Source of the DNA: a virus
Direction: 5' to 3' (one strand)
Length of the DNA stretch: 64,000 bases
Virus record (IMG/VR): IMGVR_UViG_3300025141_013434
Coordinates: 81,244 to 145,243 of that record
Shown here: positions 9,514 to 20,800 of the stretch, piece after piece
Position numbering within the stretch: position 1 is the first letter of the stretch
Layout of the letters: each line of letters starts with the position of its first letter
Position numbers and translations under genes: made by a program
Notes under the pieces: model-generated
What the model was told of the DNA's origin: nothing
Seen by the model: only the letters and a program-made list of their open reading frames with translations
Database searches by the model: none

Positions 9514-12500
9514 TCAAAAACCACCGTAGCCGCCGGGTCCAGATGTTGTAGTGCCACCAGTCGGTGCACCGCCGCCGCCGGGGGATGGTGGAGTGCCGCC
9601 GCCGCCAGGGCCAGGAAAACATTCATCATACAGTGTCGCCATGTCTTCGGGCGGGGGAGATTCCTCTCCATGATACTGACTCTCGTTTGGCATGTAGAAT
9701 ACTATTCCTGGATATTCTAAAAAGGTGTGAGCGTGGGTTTCTAAGCCCTCTATCGGCTCACACACACTTGTCAAGTATAGTGGATAGAAATATCCAGTCA
9801 CGCCACTAGTGTCTCCCGAATCGCTGGTGCCGAACAAATAGTAAGGCCCGCAACCACATACTTCCTGAGGTGCTGCCTGCCTTGATGCTTGGGTTCTCCT
9901 CCTATTCCTGCGGCGAGTGCGTTTAGTCCTGCGACTTGGAGGGCTAGCGGGGACTTCAAAATATGACTGACCCTGCGCTGGTCTAGTAGCGGAAGTGTTT
10001 CCTCCATCCGCCTCTCCAGTGTATGGCCGCCAATTTGCAGCGGTTTGGTTTCCCGCCTCAGTTGAAGAGTCCTGAGCATAACGAAGTCTGTATTGGCCGG
10101 ATAATACCCTACCAGCAGCAACCATGTCTTGATTTAGAGTGCTAAAAATTGGACGTCCTAAGTTTATATTCCCATCTGCATCCCTGGCAAAACCATCCAT
10201 CCTCTCCACTACCACTGCGGCGTCAGTAACTGCACGACTAACCGCTGGGTAGGGTACCGGGTCGGGACGGCTTTCGCCCCGGGGGCCGGCGAGGCCACCA
10301 ATACCTGGACCTAGACCCTGAAGGCCATCCGACGTTCCTTGCACCAAGTTGCTTGTTAATACGTCCGGATTTATTACGTTTCCCATGTCACTTACTAAAA
10401 CTCTCGATAAATCCAAAAAGCCAGTGTTGGCCCCTGCCAAAGAGCGCCAATGTTCATCCCAATCAAAAGGAAACCCTTCGGGTTCATCTGGTTCATTCCC
10501 CACGCCACATAACTCGCCCTCATTAGGAATAGCCTGTGTGTCATCAGATAGAAGTATTTCAGATGGCACCGTAACAGAAAAGTTAGTTACTGACGAAAGC
10601 TGTGCTGCCATTCTTGCCGTAATTGTATTTAGGGCGGTCGAGGGTTGATCAAAAGGATTAGCTGTGCCGGCTTGGCCATCATTTGGACTAGCAGCCTCAT
10701 TTACATCTCCCCAGTCAAACGACTGTATTGCAGGATCTTGTGTAGCTTGTCTAGACATATTGATGACATCCATAGCTCTATTGACCTCTGCTGCACCTGC
10801 TTGCCAATTGATCACAAAAGACCCCGGGGTCGTCATATTGTCCCCCCAGGTAAAATGTGAGTTCGTTTGCGTTGCATTGCCGCGGTAAGAGCTAAAAGTC
10901 AATACGGCAGAATTACCCAAATAACTTCTCATTGAGGAACCCCAACGTGTAGTTTCCGTATTCATTCTTCCTGCAAGATTTGCCGCTGTTATAACGGGAA
11001 AGGTAGAAGCTACTGATCTGGCCGTTGTCACCGGTGAGGGCAGGGGTAAGAGCGGAGGCCTGGGAACCGGATCTGTGGTGGGTGGCCTATCAAGAAATGT
11101 ATCTTCAGAAAGCTCGAAACCTGGGGTAGCAAAATCTTGAAGAGTCTCTGTCCTTTGTGGGTTGTCCGGACTGTCTTGGATGGTCGGCATTGTTGCCATG
11201 CTCCGGAGCCTAGCGCCGGCGGCGCGACGGTCAGCTTGACGTTGATTTTCGGCTAGCCACCGGTTTTCTTGTTCAACAAAACTAACAGAGTCGAGCTTTC
11301 TTTTGCTACAGTCGACATAATATGAACTGGGTTCGCTATCTCTGTGGCCGGTGAACCACCTCTTGACTCTCAATGTTCTATTTTTTCCGGCCGTGAGATT
11401 TCTTCTGCCGCCGATCTCGGAAGACAAGCTGGACTGATCTGCTGATGAGCCCCCGCCCAAAAGTTTATCTACTTCAGCTGACAGGTCTTTAAAGGATTTC
11501 AATATTTGTAAAATTTGCTCTGGTCTGGAATTGTTTGGATTGAGAAGGGTAGCGACAAGGCCGACCATTGCGTCATCCCTAAGTGAGATTGCAGAGTCGA
11601 CGGTGAAGAGGCCCTCCGAAACCGCGGCTTCGACAAAGTCGCCTTCGCCTTGTGCTGTCAAGTGTTCTGCAAATTTAGACGCCGAAATAATAAATTTCTT
11701 ATTTGCGTATACCAAGCCCAAAAGTTCAAAAAAAACTGCCTGCATAGCTTCAAAATCAAACCTCTCCATGGCTTCACTTACGAAAGAGGGTGAAAACTTT
11801 TTTGTTGCTGTGTTGTAATTTCCCACCGGAGTGAATCGAACTCTATCAACATTGAGAATTTCGTCTCGGGAGGGCCCATTGCCGCGAGTCTCCCTGAAGG
11901 ACTTTCCCGTTATTACTGGAATGTTTGCTAGGTTATAATATTCTTCCAATTGGAGAATTTGCTCTTTGAGTCGATTGAGTGCATGCTCGAAATATTCATA
12001 AATACTATCTTCGTATTCTAACTCTATTCCGTATTGATAAGTCCCATCAACTGTTTTCATTAGTGAATAATCGCGGCCATGGAAAATTCTATAAAACGGA
12101 AACAAGGGAGTACCTGCTAGTCTGGACTCTGACGAGTTGTCAATTGGCATAGGATCTTCGGGGTTGCCTGTTAACCAACTACTCAAGTTATCGAAATTGG
12201 CTCTCAATTGAGTCATAAGGTCTCTCACGAGCAAATCTGATATTGTTCCGGTCTCTCGACTATTATCGTTGGCACCCAAAAGAAACCGCGGGGCCGCAAA
12301 TGCCGCGGGTAAAATTGCGTCGACGAGGTTGTCTTCATGTTCATATAAATCTGAAGGTAAACCAGCGCGCTTCATTGACCTTTCGTTCCGATTTAAGAAC
12401 CATTCTTGAGATGCCTCTGCTACAACAAAATCTGGGGTGTTTTTGTCGAAAAGATCTTTTGCCGGAAAGCCAAGCGAATCAATTCCAATACTTCTGTCTG

Positions 12501-13776
12501 TAACCCTCCTTCTTAACACCCTTGTATTTAAGAGTTTGAAATTTACTTTCGGCCGGAGAATTTCATATTTTGTGAGATTTGGCAGATACTTAAACAGGTG
12601 ACCCAGGCTCGATTCTTTTTCTAAAATTTGCTTTTGATCTATTATAAATTTATAATCAACAACTCCGGAATCAGGGTTTTGATGTACAAACAGTTGTGCA
12701 TTGAAGTTTTTTTCTCTTTTGCTTTTTAAAAATTTTCTAACTTGACCCTGTTGCATTATACTGGGTAACATTAGCGGAGTATACAAGTCGTTCGTTCTCT
12801 GCATTTTTCTAAAGTCTTGAATTTTCGTATTAGGTACATTTATCGCTGTTAGATAGTCGTCAGGACCAGAAGCGTCAGAATGCCTCAACCCCTTCATAAA
12901 CACGGTTGTTCGATCGTCTTCGGGAGGCATCATATGGTATGGACCGCCATAAGGAACTCCCTTGCTGTCCCTCAATACCATAGTATAAGAGTCGACTCGA
13001 CCTCTTCTCAGTATTGTGTCCTTACTTTTTCTACCGTGAAGTAAGTTTAAATATTTAATATCTGAGTGGTCGAGATCAAGACCCAGCAAAGAAAAATCTA
13101 AATATGTAAAAGCATGAACAGACAATTCAGTAGTATCTCCAGAGATCAATTCATTTGGAATTTCTGGATCATTACCTATCGTAATTGTATATGGAATTCT
13201 GTAAAACGCAGGTTGAGTTCCAACGTTAGTTACCCTGAAATGTTCTGAAAAATCATCAAAATATTGATTAGGAAGAGCCTGTCTTGCCGGTTCAGTCTTT
13301 ATTAAAAAAGGGTGAAATCTTACATTCTCTCCGGTAGGTGAGTTGTCATGAGCAGAGCCCTTCTTGGTGGTAGTTTTAAGCTTGTCTAAGAAAGCCCCCA
13401 TCGAGGCGGCGCGGCCACGCATGCCCGCTGGGAGGTGCCGCGAGACGTCTCGCTCGGAGGCTCCTTCGTCGATAGCGACCCTGTATTTCGCAAGCTTGTT
13501 GAATTGCCTGTTTATCCACGTATCGCGGCCGTGATGTGAGATGATTATCCCAATCTTAAGAGCTTTCATGAACTCCTCTTCTTTTGGCATTCCAGCATCA
13601 GCATCAAAAGAATTTGGAAGAGACATAATAAAACCAGCGCCTTCAGATGTGAGATGGTCATCAATATAATAATCAAGTGTCAAAATTATATTATTATTTG
13701 CACCCGACTCCAAAGTTGCCCTCCTCATCTTGACGGCAGGAAGGATCTGATACATTAAGTCACCTTCTCTTGACAT
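9514..13776 (-). CDS. Large hypothetical virion protein
   Basis: 1420 aa; GGAGGAG SD; lies in the baseplate operon. Contains a YGGPYH...MKGLRH motif, an Arg-rich patch, a His-containing C-terminal module and a Gly/Pro tail. Confidence 0.55.
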   Translation of the reverse strand: MSREGDLMYQILPAVKMRRATLESGANNNIILTLDYYIDDHLTSEGAGFIMSLPNSFDADAGMPKEEEFMKALKIGIIISHHGRDTWINRQFNKLAKYRVAIDEGASERDVSRHLPAGMRGRAASMGAFLDKLKTTTKKGSAHDNSPTGENVRFHPFLIKTEPARQALPNQYFDDFSEHFRVTNVGTQPAFYRIPYTITIGNDPEIPNELISGDTTELSVHAFTYLDFSLLGLDLDHSDIKYLNLLHGRKSKDTILRRGRVDSYTMVLRDSKGVPYGGPYHMMPPEDDRTTVFMKGLRHSDASGPDDYLTAINVPNTKIQDFRKMQRTNDLYTPLMLPSIMQQGQVRKFLKSKREKNFNAQLFVHQNPDSGVVDYKFIIDQKQILEKESSLGHLFKYLPNLTKYEILRPKVNFKLLNTRVLRRRVTDRSIGIDSLGFPAKDLFDKNTPDFVVAEASQEWFLNRNERSMKRAGLPSDLYEHEDNLVDAILPAAFAAPRFLLGANDNSRETGTISDLLVRDLMTQLRANFDNLSSWLTGNPEDPMPIDNSSESRLAGTPLFPFYRIFHGRDYSLMKTVDGTYQYGIELEYEDSIYEYFEHALNRLKEQILQLEEYYNLANIPVITGKSFRETRGNGPSRDEILNVDRVRFTPVGNYNTATKKFSPSFVSEAMERFDFEAMQAVFFELLGLVYANKKFIISASKFAEHLTAQGEGDFVEAAVSEGLFTVDSAISLRDDAMVGLVATLLNPNNSRPEQILQILKSFKDLSAEVDKLLGGGSSADQSSLSSEIGGRRNLTAGKNRTLRVKRWFTGHRDSEPSSYYVDCSKRKLDSVSFVEQENRWLAENQRQADRRAAGARLRSMATMPTIQDSPDNPQRTETLQDFATPGFELSEDTFLDRPPTTDPVPRPPLLPLPSPVTTARSVASTFPVITAANLAGRMNTETTRWGSSMRSYLGNSAVLTFSSYRGNATQTNSHFTWGDNMTTPGSFVINWQAGAAEVNRAMDVINMSRQATQDPAIQSFDWGDVNEAASPNDGQAGTANPFDQPSTALNTITARMAAQLSSVTNFSVTVPSEILLSDDTQAIPNEGELCGVGNEPDEPEGFPFDWDEHWRSLAGANTGFLDLSRVLVSDMGNVINPDVLTSNLVQGTSDGLQGLGPGIGGLAGPRGESRPDPVPYPAVSRAVTDAAVVVERMDGFARDADGNINLGRPIFSTLNQDMVAAGRVLSGQYRLRYAQDSSTEAGNQTAANWRPYTGEADGGNTSATRPAQGQSYFEVPASPPSRRTKRTRRRNRRRTQASRQAAPQEVCGCGPYYLFGTSDSGDTSGVTGYFYPLYLTSVCEPIEGLETHAHTFLEYPGIVFYMPNESQYHGEESPPPEDMATLYDECFPGPGGGGTPPSPGGGGAPTGGTTTSGPGGYGGF

Positions 13777-14852
13777 TAATATTCTCCTCCTTCGGGATCA
13801 TCATCCCCTGGACCGCCGGCAAGAGTAGAACTAGTATCACCTTCTGATATTCCCTGGCCAGGGGTTGCTCTTTCAAAACCTTCGTACAGGCTATCTTCAC
13901 ATATGTCATCATCGTGTGGACCGAAGTCATAAAGGCCCGGCTGTTCCTGCTCTTCAAACATTTCTTCAGGTATGTTTTCATCAAACTTTATGTCAAGATA
14001 CGTATTTATATTATCTGATCTATCCCACTCATTCGGTTTCGCAATATACAACTTAGTTACAGTCTCCATTCTTCTCGATGGTCCGGTTGTGGCCTCGACG
14101 AGTTCATCTTCGATGACAAAAACCTCGATATCAAAATTCTCGTTTTCAAAATCCACGTTATCTTCCGCCACTGATAGCAATATCGAATTTTCTTTCATGG
14201 TCAGTTTTATTCCACCCCTGAACGTTATTTCCTGTTCTGTTCCGTTCTGATATGAGTATTCATATTCTGGGAGGTCGTCTTCATCTTCTTCTGATGCTAA
14301 GATCAAGTGACCAACCGACATTGATAATTGCGGCCTAGAAAGCCCATACCCTGCAGAAGAACTTAGCGTAATTGGAAGTATAAACTTTTGATTGTTTCGA
14401 CTTCTTATGTTCCAAGACGGCACCTCTTGAGAACCCAGTTGTGAGGTGCCTATCAGGTTTCTGATAATCTTTCTGTCATCGGGTGCCATAGACACATGGT
14501 CCGCGTAATCACTACCGTAGACATCATCAACCGGAGTTCGATTGAGGTTCGCTCTCTTCCTGTTGTTGTTACCGGGCAGTTTCTCTAAGATATGCGCGTT
14601 TAATTGGGCCACGCGAGTTTCAATTCCATCTGTTTCATACAAAGCCTTGAATCTCACAGTGTCGTTTTGAATTCTTTCGTGAGCTTTTGCAGCCAACTCT
14701 TTTGATCCACTGACATATGCTACATCGTATAGTACTTCATCGTCCGAAAAAGCATAAAAGGCCGGCTTAAACCTGCCCTTTGATACCAAGTATTTGCCAT
14801 ACTGGGTAAGCTGCAAATCCAAAACATCTTCTTTTCTATTAAAGAAAGTCAA
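13776..14852 (-). CDS. Structural protein, N-terminally similar to 5459-6496
   Basis: TTG start with GAGGA SD; LQLTQYGKYLVSKGRFKPAFYAFSDDEVLY aligns with VLTDTGRFRMARGDFKITKFALGDDEIDY; acidic C-terminus. Confidence 0.6.
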   Translation of the reverse strand: MTFFNRKEDVLDLQLTQYGKYLVSKGRFKPAFYAFSDDEVLYDVAYVSGSKELAAKAHERIQNDTVRFKALYETDGIETRVAQLNAHILEKLPGNNNRKRANLNRTPVDDVYGSDYADHVSMAPDDRKIIRNLIGTSQLGSQEVPSWNIRSRNNQKFILPITLSSSAGYGLSRPQLSMSVGHLILASEEDEDDLPEYEYSYQNGTEQEITFRGGIKLTMKENSILLSVAEDNVDFENENFDIEVFVIEDELVEATTGPSRRMETVTKLYIAKPNEWDRSDNINTYLDIKFDENIPEEMFEEQEQPGLYDFGPHDDDICEDSLYEGFERATPGQGISEGDTSSTLAGGPGDDDPEGGEY

Positions 14853-14855
14853 CTA

Positions 14856-17800
14856 TTATTCCTCACTGTCGGGATCACTCTCACCTGTAGGAAATCCATA
14901 GTTGATTGCATCGAAGGGGTCCTGGAAGTCACCTCCCGGTAGACCACTATATTTTCTATTTACTCCCTGTAACAAATCTGTTGTTCCTTGTGCTGAAAGT
15001 TCTGGCGTATTATACACCACTTCTGTGTCTAATCTAACTAGTTCTATCATTGAGAAATAATCATACGGCCAGTTATAACCATACTCAAAAATATCGTCTT
15101 CCACGTTTAAGGCCCGATGGGGATGATTTGCTGGTAATCTATCTCTTTTCATCTTCTTAAAATAATTGTTTTCTGCTCTTTGCTTAACCTTGAAAACAAG
15201 CCATTTAACATTTTCGCCGAAAGTGCCACCGTACATATCATCCCCAGTCATCGATAGGTCGTGAGTCACTGATGCCTGTGTCACCAAGGTATCTCTGTCA
15301 TTATTGTAGAACATGTTCAATGCCAAGTCTGGAGCGGTATTTTGCCAAATGTAAGCAACATCCTTCTTGCTCAACGTGTGTTCGAATTCAAAGACATACA
15401 TCAAAAAGGGCCTGACATAATTCTTGTTTGTATTGTTGTATTTGAGAAAGTTAAATTTCGGAGGAAGAACATAATTCATCATGCTCTTGACCATCTTTTG
15501 TATATTGCTTCTGACTGGCATGCCCTGCTCATTCGCAACTCTTATGAGTCTGTCGACAGTTGCATCCCAGGCTCCGCGGTTGCCATCGGTGAATCCATTG
15601 CTGTCTCTGAACTCTCTCACGATCCTATTCATATCTTCATTGTCGCTAGATCCATTTTGCATAATGGTATTAACATAAGCTTGCTTTGACTCTTCCAGGA
15701 ACTGTCTCTTATATTGGGCATGCCCCAGGTTGACAACTGACTGATAAACTTCCGGCCTGGGCAGATTGAAAAATGATCTGGCTTTCCCTTCCCCTTCTGT
15801 AAAAGGTATCGCGACGACTGCTTCTTTAATCTTTCTTTGTTCTGGCAACTGGCCGATGGGCCTCGTTATTAGACGGCCAGTACCCGAATCTTCGCCGACT
15901 TTCAATCCCTTTTTCTGGAAGTGCATGCCCAAAAGGCTTGCTAAGTTTCCATATTGAGGATCTTCTGGGGGCCTTATTTCTATTCTTGCCACCGGAGTAT
16001 CATATGTTCCTGTCTGGTGCCACATCCCCTTAGCTGTTCCGATATGGTGCGGTCTGGGTGCAGTAGGGGTAACCTTGCTAAAATCTAGATTTGGTACTTC
16101 CCATTTACTCTGGACTGCCCAAGACTTTCTAATGATGTCTCTCCTGACTGGGTTTCGAGGGTCGTTGTTCTCCTCTTCTCTGTCCTCATATATAGGTATT
16201 GCACTATCTTCGCTGAAATCTAGTCCGTAAAAACTGGCAGATAATTGCATTGCATGAGTTTTATGAAGTGATCCGGTCGCCGTAGAGATGACGCCGTCCA
16301 CGCCGGCGGTGGCAGTTTGCGCAAGAGTGGAGTCTGTCATGCCCGATCCCCAGGATTTATTGTATGATCCCGTGGCTCTAATGAATCTGCCATATTTTAT
16401 AGAAGGTCCCCGCTCTTGGTACCTGTTATCTGCTGTTATGGATGCCAACACTGATTCAATCGTATCGAAGCTGGTCCTATCTGTGGCAGTCGACCCTGTT
16501 GATTGTCCTGGGTTGAAAGTATATTCCACCTCTGCATAAGAATCATAATGGGGAGGAGTATATGGAGCAAACCCGTGACCCATGAAAAGACCACTCGTCG
16601 AGACATTGTCCGGAGGTGAGGCGTCGACGGGAGGCCCGAAAGATGAGGGTCTATTATAAATTGGAAAGTCTAGCTTCGATGGTCGGGTCAGCCGGAGTCT
16701 CATCTTATAAACTTTTCCATGGTCGACAATTTCCCGTAAGTGATCGCTCGATGCGATAACCGTTGTTTCTCTTCCATCTAAAAAGAAGTTCACACATTCA
16801 GAATAGAAATTATTTGCTGCTTTTGAATATGTCGTGTACGGCAAAGATCGGGCAACCGATAAGTCTAGACTACAGCTAAGGACTGAAGACGTGCATGGTG
16901 TGCCCCAGAAAATATCGTAGTCAGAACCGCCAACATCATATTTGCCATCTTTATCAGCGTCCGGGCGGATCTTTGATCTCAAAAACCCTGCTGGACTAAA
17001 ACTAGAACTTGGATGAACTTCGTTATCATAGAACGCAAATCGTTCTCTAATTCTCGCTTGATTCGGGGTCATCCCCACTGTGTCTATCTTGTTCGGTTTT
17101 AAAGCCTTTATGGGATCTATCAAAGCTTCAAAGGGAACTCGGTGCACTTTTTGTACTCCGCCTATGCCGTTATCCTTGTGCCACTTTGTCCAATAGTTCT
17201 GAGCGCCATGCCCCTTATGGAAGCCACCCGAACCCCCGGGGATCCGCCGCGGGCCCGAGATGCCCCAACTTGCAGAGCCTATTCTTGGTATACCACCATC
17301 AGCTGTTTCATTGTAGGCGGATCCAGTTATCCAAGAAGGATAATTATAACTTCCTGTCAGGCGACCCGCTACGCCGTTCAGGAGGCCATCGCCCAAGAGA
17401 GTAATTCCGTAACCACTAGCAGCCTTATCACTTGCCGCGGACCAGAGATCGGAGAAGTTTCCAAAATCTCCTTTTGTTACAGAGGTGAACTTGGCTTCGG
17501 GATGTCCACCGGCTGAGGCATATGCGTGGCCCACATCTTCGTACATTGGCATCGCATGATTAATCAAAGGAGAATTATTGGTCATGTGGACAGACCCGGT
17601 GCCGGTGTATATATAGCCCGCGTCGTTACCCATCCTGTACCACCCGATTAGGTTACCAGCATCAGAATCTTCTACGCAAAGATCTGGTCGGAAGGGGCCG
17701 CGATGGAGGACACCTCCTCCTGCGAGGCCTGCGACAGACTCGACACTAAGATCTGTGTTCCAAATCGACACCTCTCCGATTCCACACTTCATCGAATTCA

Positions 17801-20800
17801 GTGAATGATTAGTTTGAGTGTGGGCATAGCGATGATTGCCGATCGTACAATTACCGCGGTAGCCTACGCCACCTTCGGAACCTGTTGAGTCCATCGCGAG
17901 GTCTAATTCTACAAGATTGCTAGCAGAGCCAATAATACCTGCAGCAGTGGTGCCACCCTGAGTTGTTACGGCTGTACCGTCAATGTAAAAGCTTGGGGCA
18001 CTGCCATCAAACTTTTTCGTAACACAAAGATGATACCACTTCATTGTTGTCGTGATTGATTTGTACGGCTTTGTCCACCATTTTTTATAATTAGAGCTAT
18101 CGTTGAACATCGAAAGCATAATGCGGCCGCCATGTTTCGTGAATTGTATACCCTCCGTCTGACTATTTGAACCATCATCTTTAAACACAAGAAGGCTACC
18201 AGAAGTCTTATTATCGGCATCAGCATCTGGATCACCTGTGAGATCGCAGTACCACATAGAAATTGACAGGCCGCCAGCAGAGCCAGTTTGTTTTGCAAAA
18301 GAGCCCGTCATAAGATTTGCCCATTCACTAGACATGCCAATATTCACATAATTGTCGTCTGCGTCGGCGAAGGCTGTGACGAACTTATTAAACGGCCGAT
18401 CGCGGGCAGGCTCAAAAATAGGATAATCTACCGCTAGGCCCGACTTAATAGAGTTATAACAAATGCCAGGGGCATAAAATGCTGACAACATAGGTCGGAT
18501 ACCTGTTACATCTACCGCTTCTTGAGTTTCTGGCATTATACTCTTTCTGGCATAGGACTCGCTCATCAGAGTTGCAAGCTGCAGCGTTCTTTGAACGGGG
18601 TAGAACCCCTCGTATGGCAGAAACTTCTTCATCGCTTTACATCTCAGGGTGAGCATTCCCGGATGCTTGTTTACAGTAGCCTGATCTGCAGTGACTTCAT
18701 CAAAATGTCTTAAAAAGTCGCTATGGCCGTAAACCTTAAAGAAGTCCGTCTTGCTGCTGTCTGTGAAATCATCCGCAGCCCCAGTAAGCTCAAAAATCCC
18801 ATCTGGATGGCAAGTAAAGAACGGATCTTCAACTTTTGAACTATCAACATAGAAGGGCATGTGTTCGCTTATTCTATATTCAGGAAGAATTGAGAAATCT
18901 TTTGCTTTTCTCCTTATCACTTGTTGCCAATCTTCATAATCCTCGTATGGAAAAGGATTCCTGCCTGACATCTCGCCAACTTGCCACTTTGCTCCGCCCG
19001 CTAGGTGACGGCTCACTTTTGAAGTTGGTCTTAATAATTTTGTCAAGCGCGCATCTGCGTCATCAAACTGATTGCCTAGATAATCTCCTGCCCAGTCCTC
19101 GCCAAGATAGTGGCCGGACAAATATGAATTTTCCCAAACGCCTTTAAACTTTATCAACACTTTATTGTTACTACTATCACGGTGAACCGTAACAAGGTCT
19201 TTCCACCCAGAAGGGGCCTCAGCAAAGTTATCAACAATAGCTTTCGACAATTGACTGGCATTTGTAACAGTGCCAGACAGTGGAACTACCCAAACCAAGT
19301 GTTTTGGGTCAGACACATTTGCTTTTAGCGTATTTCCAGTTGTCGCATTCGAGGAAAAGAACAAAAACAACGGCAATGCATCGCCGGCTGGTGGATACAT
19401 TAGTAAATAATCGCCAGTATTATAACCAGGAGAGTCACTGCTTCCATAGAGCAGATTCTTGTTTGAAACGTGAGAAGCACAATTAAGTATAACCTGATAA
19501 GTAGTCTCTGGAAATTTTCTTGAATATACGGCTGAGGCGCTTGGGATTCTCGTGATTGGGTACCCGCCTCCTCTCGATCCGGATCTAAAGATTGAAATGT
19601 TTGAAACTAACTGACCTTCTCCGAAGGTATTCGGATCATCGGTACCTAGGCTTATCTCATTTGCAGTGCCGAAATTTACCTGCGCATCGAGGGGCCAAAC
19701 ACTACCTGTTATACCTTCGCCGCGAGAAGTTGAACCAGAAGGTTGACTCACTAGCCTGTCTGCCCTATTCTGCTTCCACCAATCAACCCTAAATTGACTT
19801 CGTGATCTTGCCTTTTTAAGATAAGAATTCTCATCTCGTGGATAAACTGTCTCAAAATAAGTGTTAAGTACAGAATTCCTAGTTATGGGAATGTTAAGCC
19901 TTTCTCTCATCCTCCCTTCATTTATACCAAACAAGAGCCTCATTTGCTTATTGGAAAAACTAGCTAGCGCGTTGCCATAAGTAAAGCGAAGTTCTTTTAT
20001 GTCTCTTCTGCCCAAGCCTCTGGAGGCTGCCCCGTTTGTATCTAAAAGGTCTTCTATTCTAGCCTCAGAAGTAACAGAAGGATTGCTAGCAAAGAACTCC
20101 TCTCGGGGAGTACCCCTTTCCTCAATCGGGGGAAGAACCTGAGTTTCAAGAACTGAAAGTTGTGTTATCGGTCCAAACTTAGAACTAACTACAGATTCTG
20201 TGAGTCTATATCTCGAAGCAGATGATCCCCTGGTTGTCGTTGCAGACCGATGATCAATTGAGTCGGGCCAAGAATAATTACCGCCCCTATTCGATTCGTA
20301 AGATAAAGCCTTCGCTGGAGAGTTGGGATCTATCTGCTCAACCGATGGAGCATAAATATTGTTTTCTCTTAGCTTTCTTGCAATAGGATGTTGGGCCACC
20401 CTCAACTGTTTCCAGCTAGGCCAACCATATGGGCCCTGGCGGTTATGTATCAGTGAATTGAGAAACAGCACATCAGTTTGATATAAGTGATCGTGATATC
20501 CCAAATAACCATAAAATATTCGAGCATCTCCTTCTTCCCCAGTTAGATGACCGTTTGGTTCCGCAAGGAGTCGGCGCTGGCGAATAGTATTCCCGTCAGA
20601 ATCGGTATCCGACCCAACCACATACCCATTAGAATTCCATTCAATATTGTCTGACCCTATTTTGTTCGAATCTAAATGCACAGGCTCCACTATAACCTGA
20701 TTCATACCAACGAAATCAACTGGAAGGAAAGACGCGTTTGCCTTAGTTTCTGCGTAAGCCCGATACCCATGAACAGAACTATAGTCTCCCGCATCCAAAA

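Noticed and set aside
9895-9933. Arg-rich patch as a nuclear localisation signal, implying a eukaryotic giant virus
   Set aside because: SD sites, a sigma70 promoter, overlapping genes, peptidoglycan peptidases and baseplate genes all point to a bacterial host.
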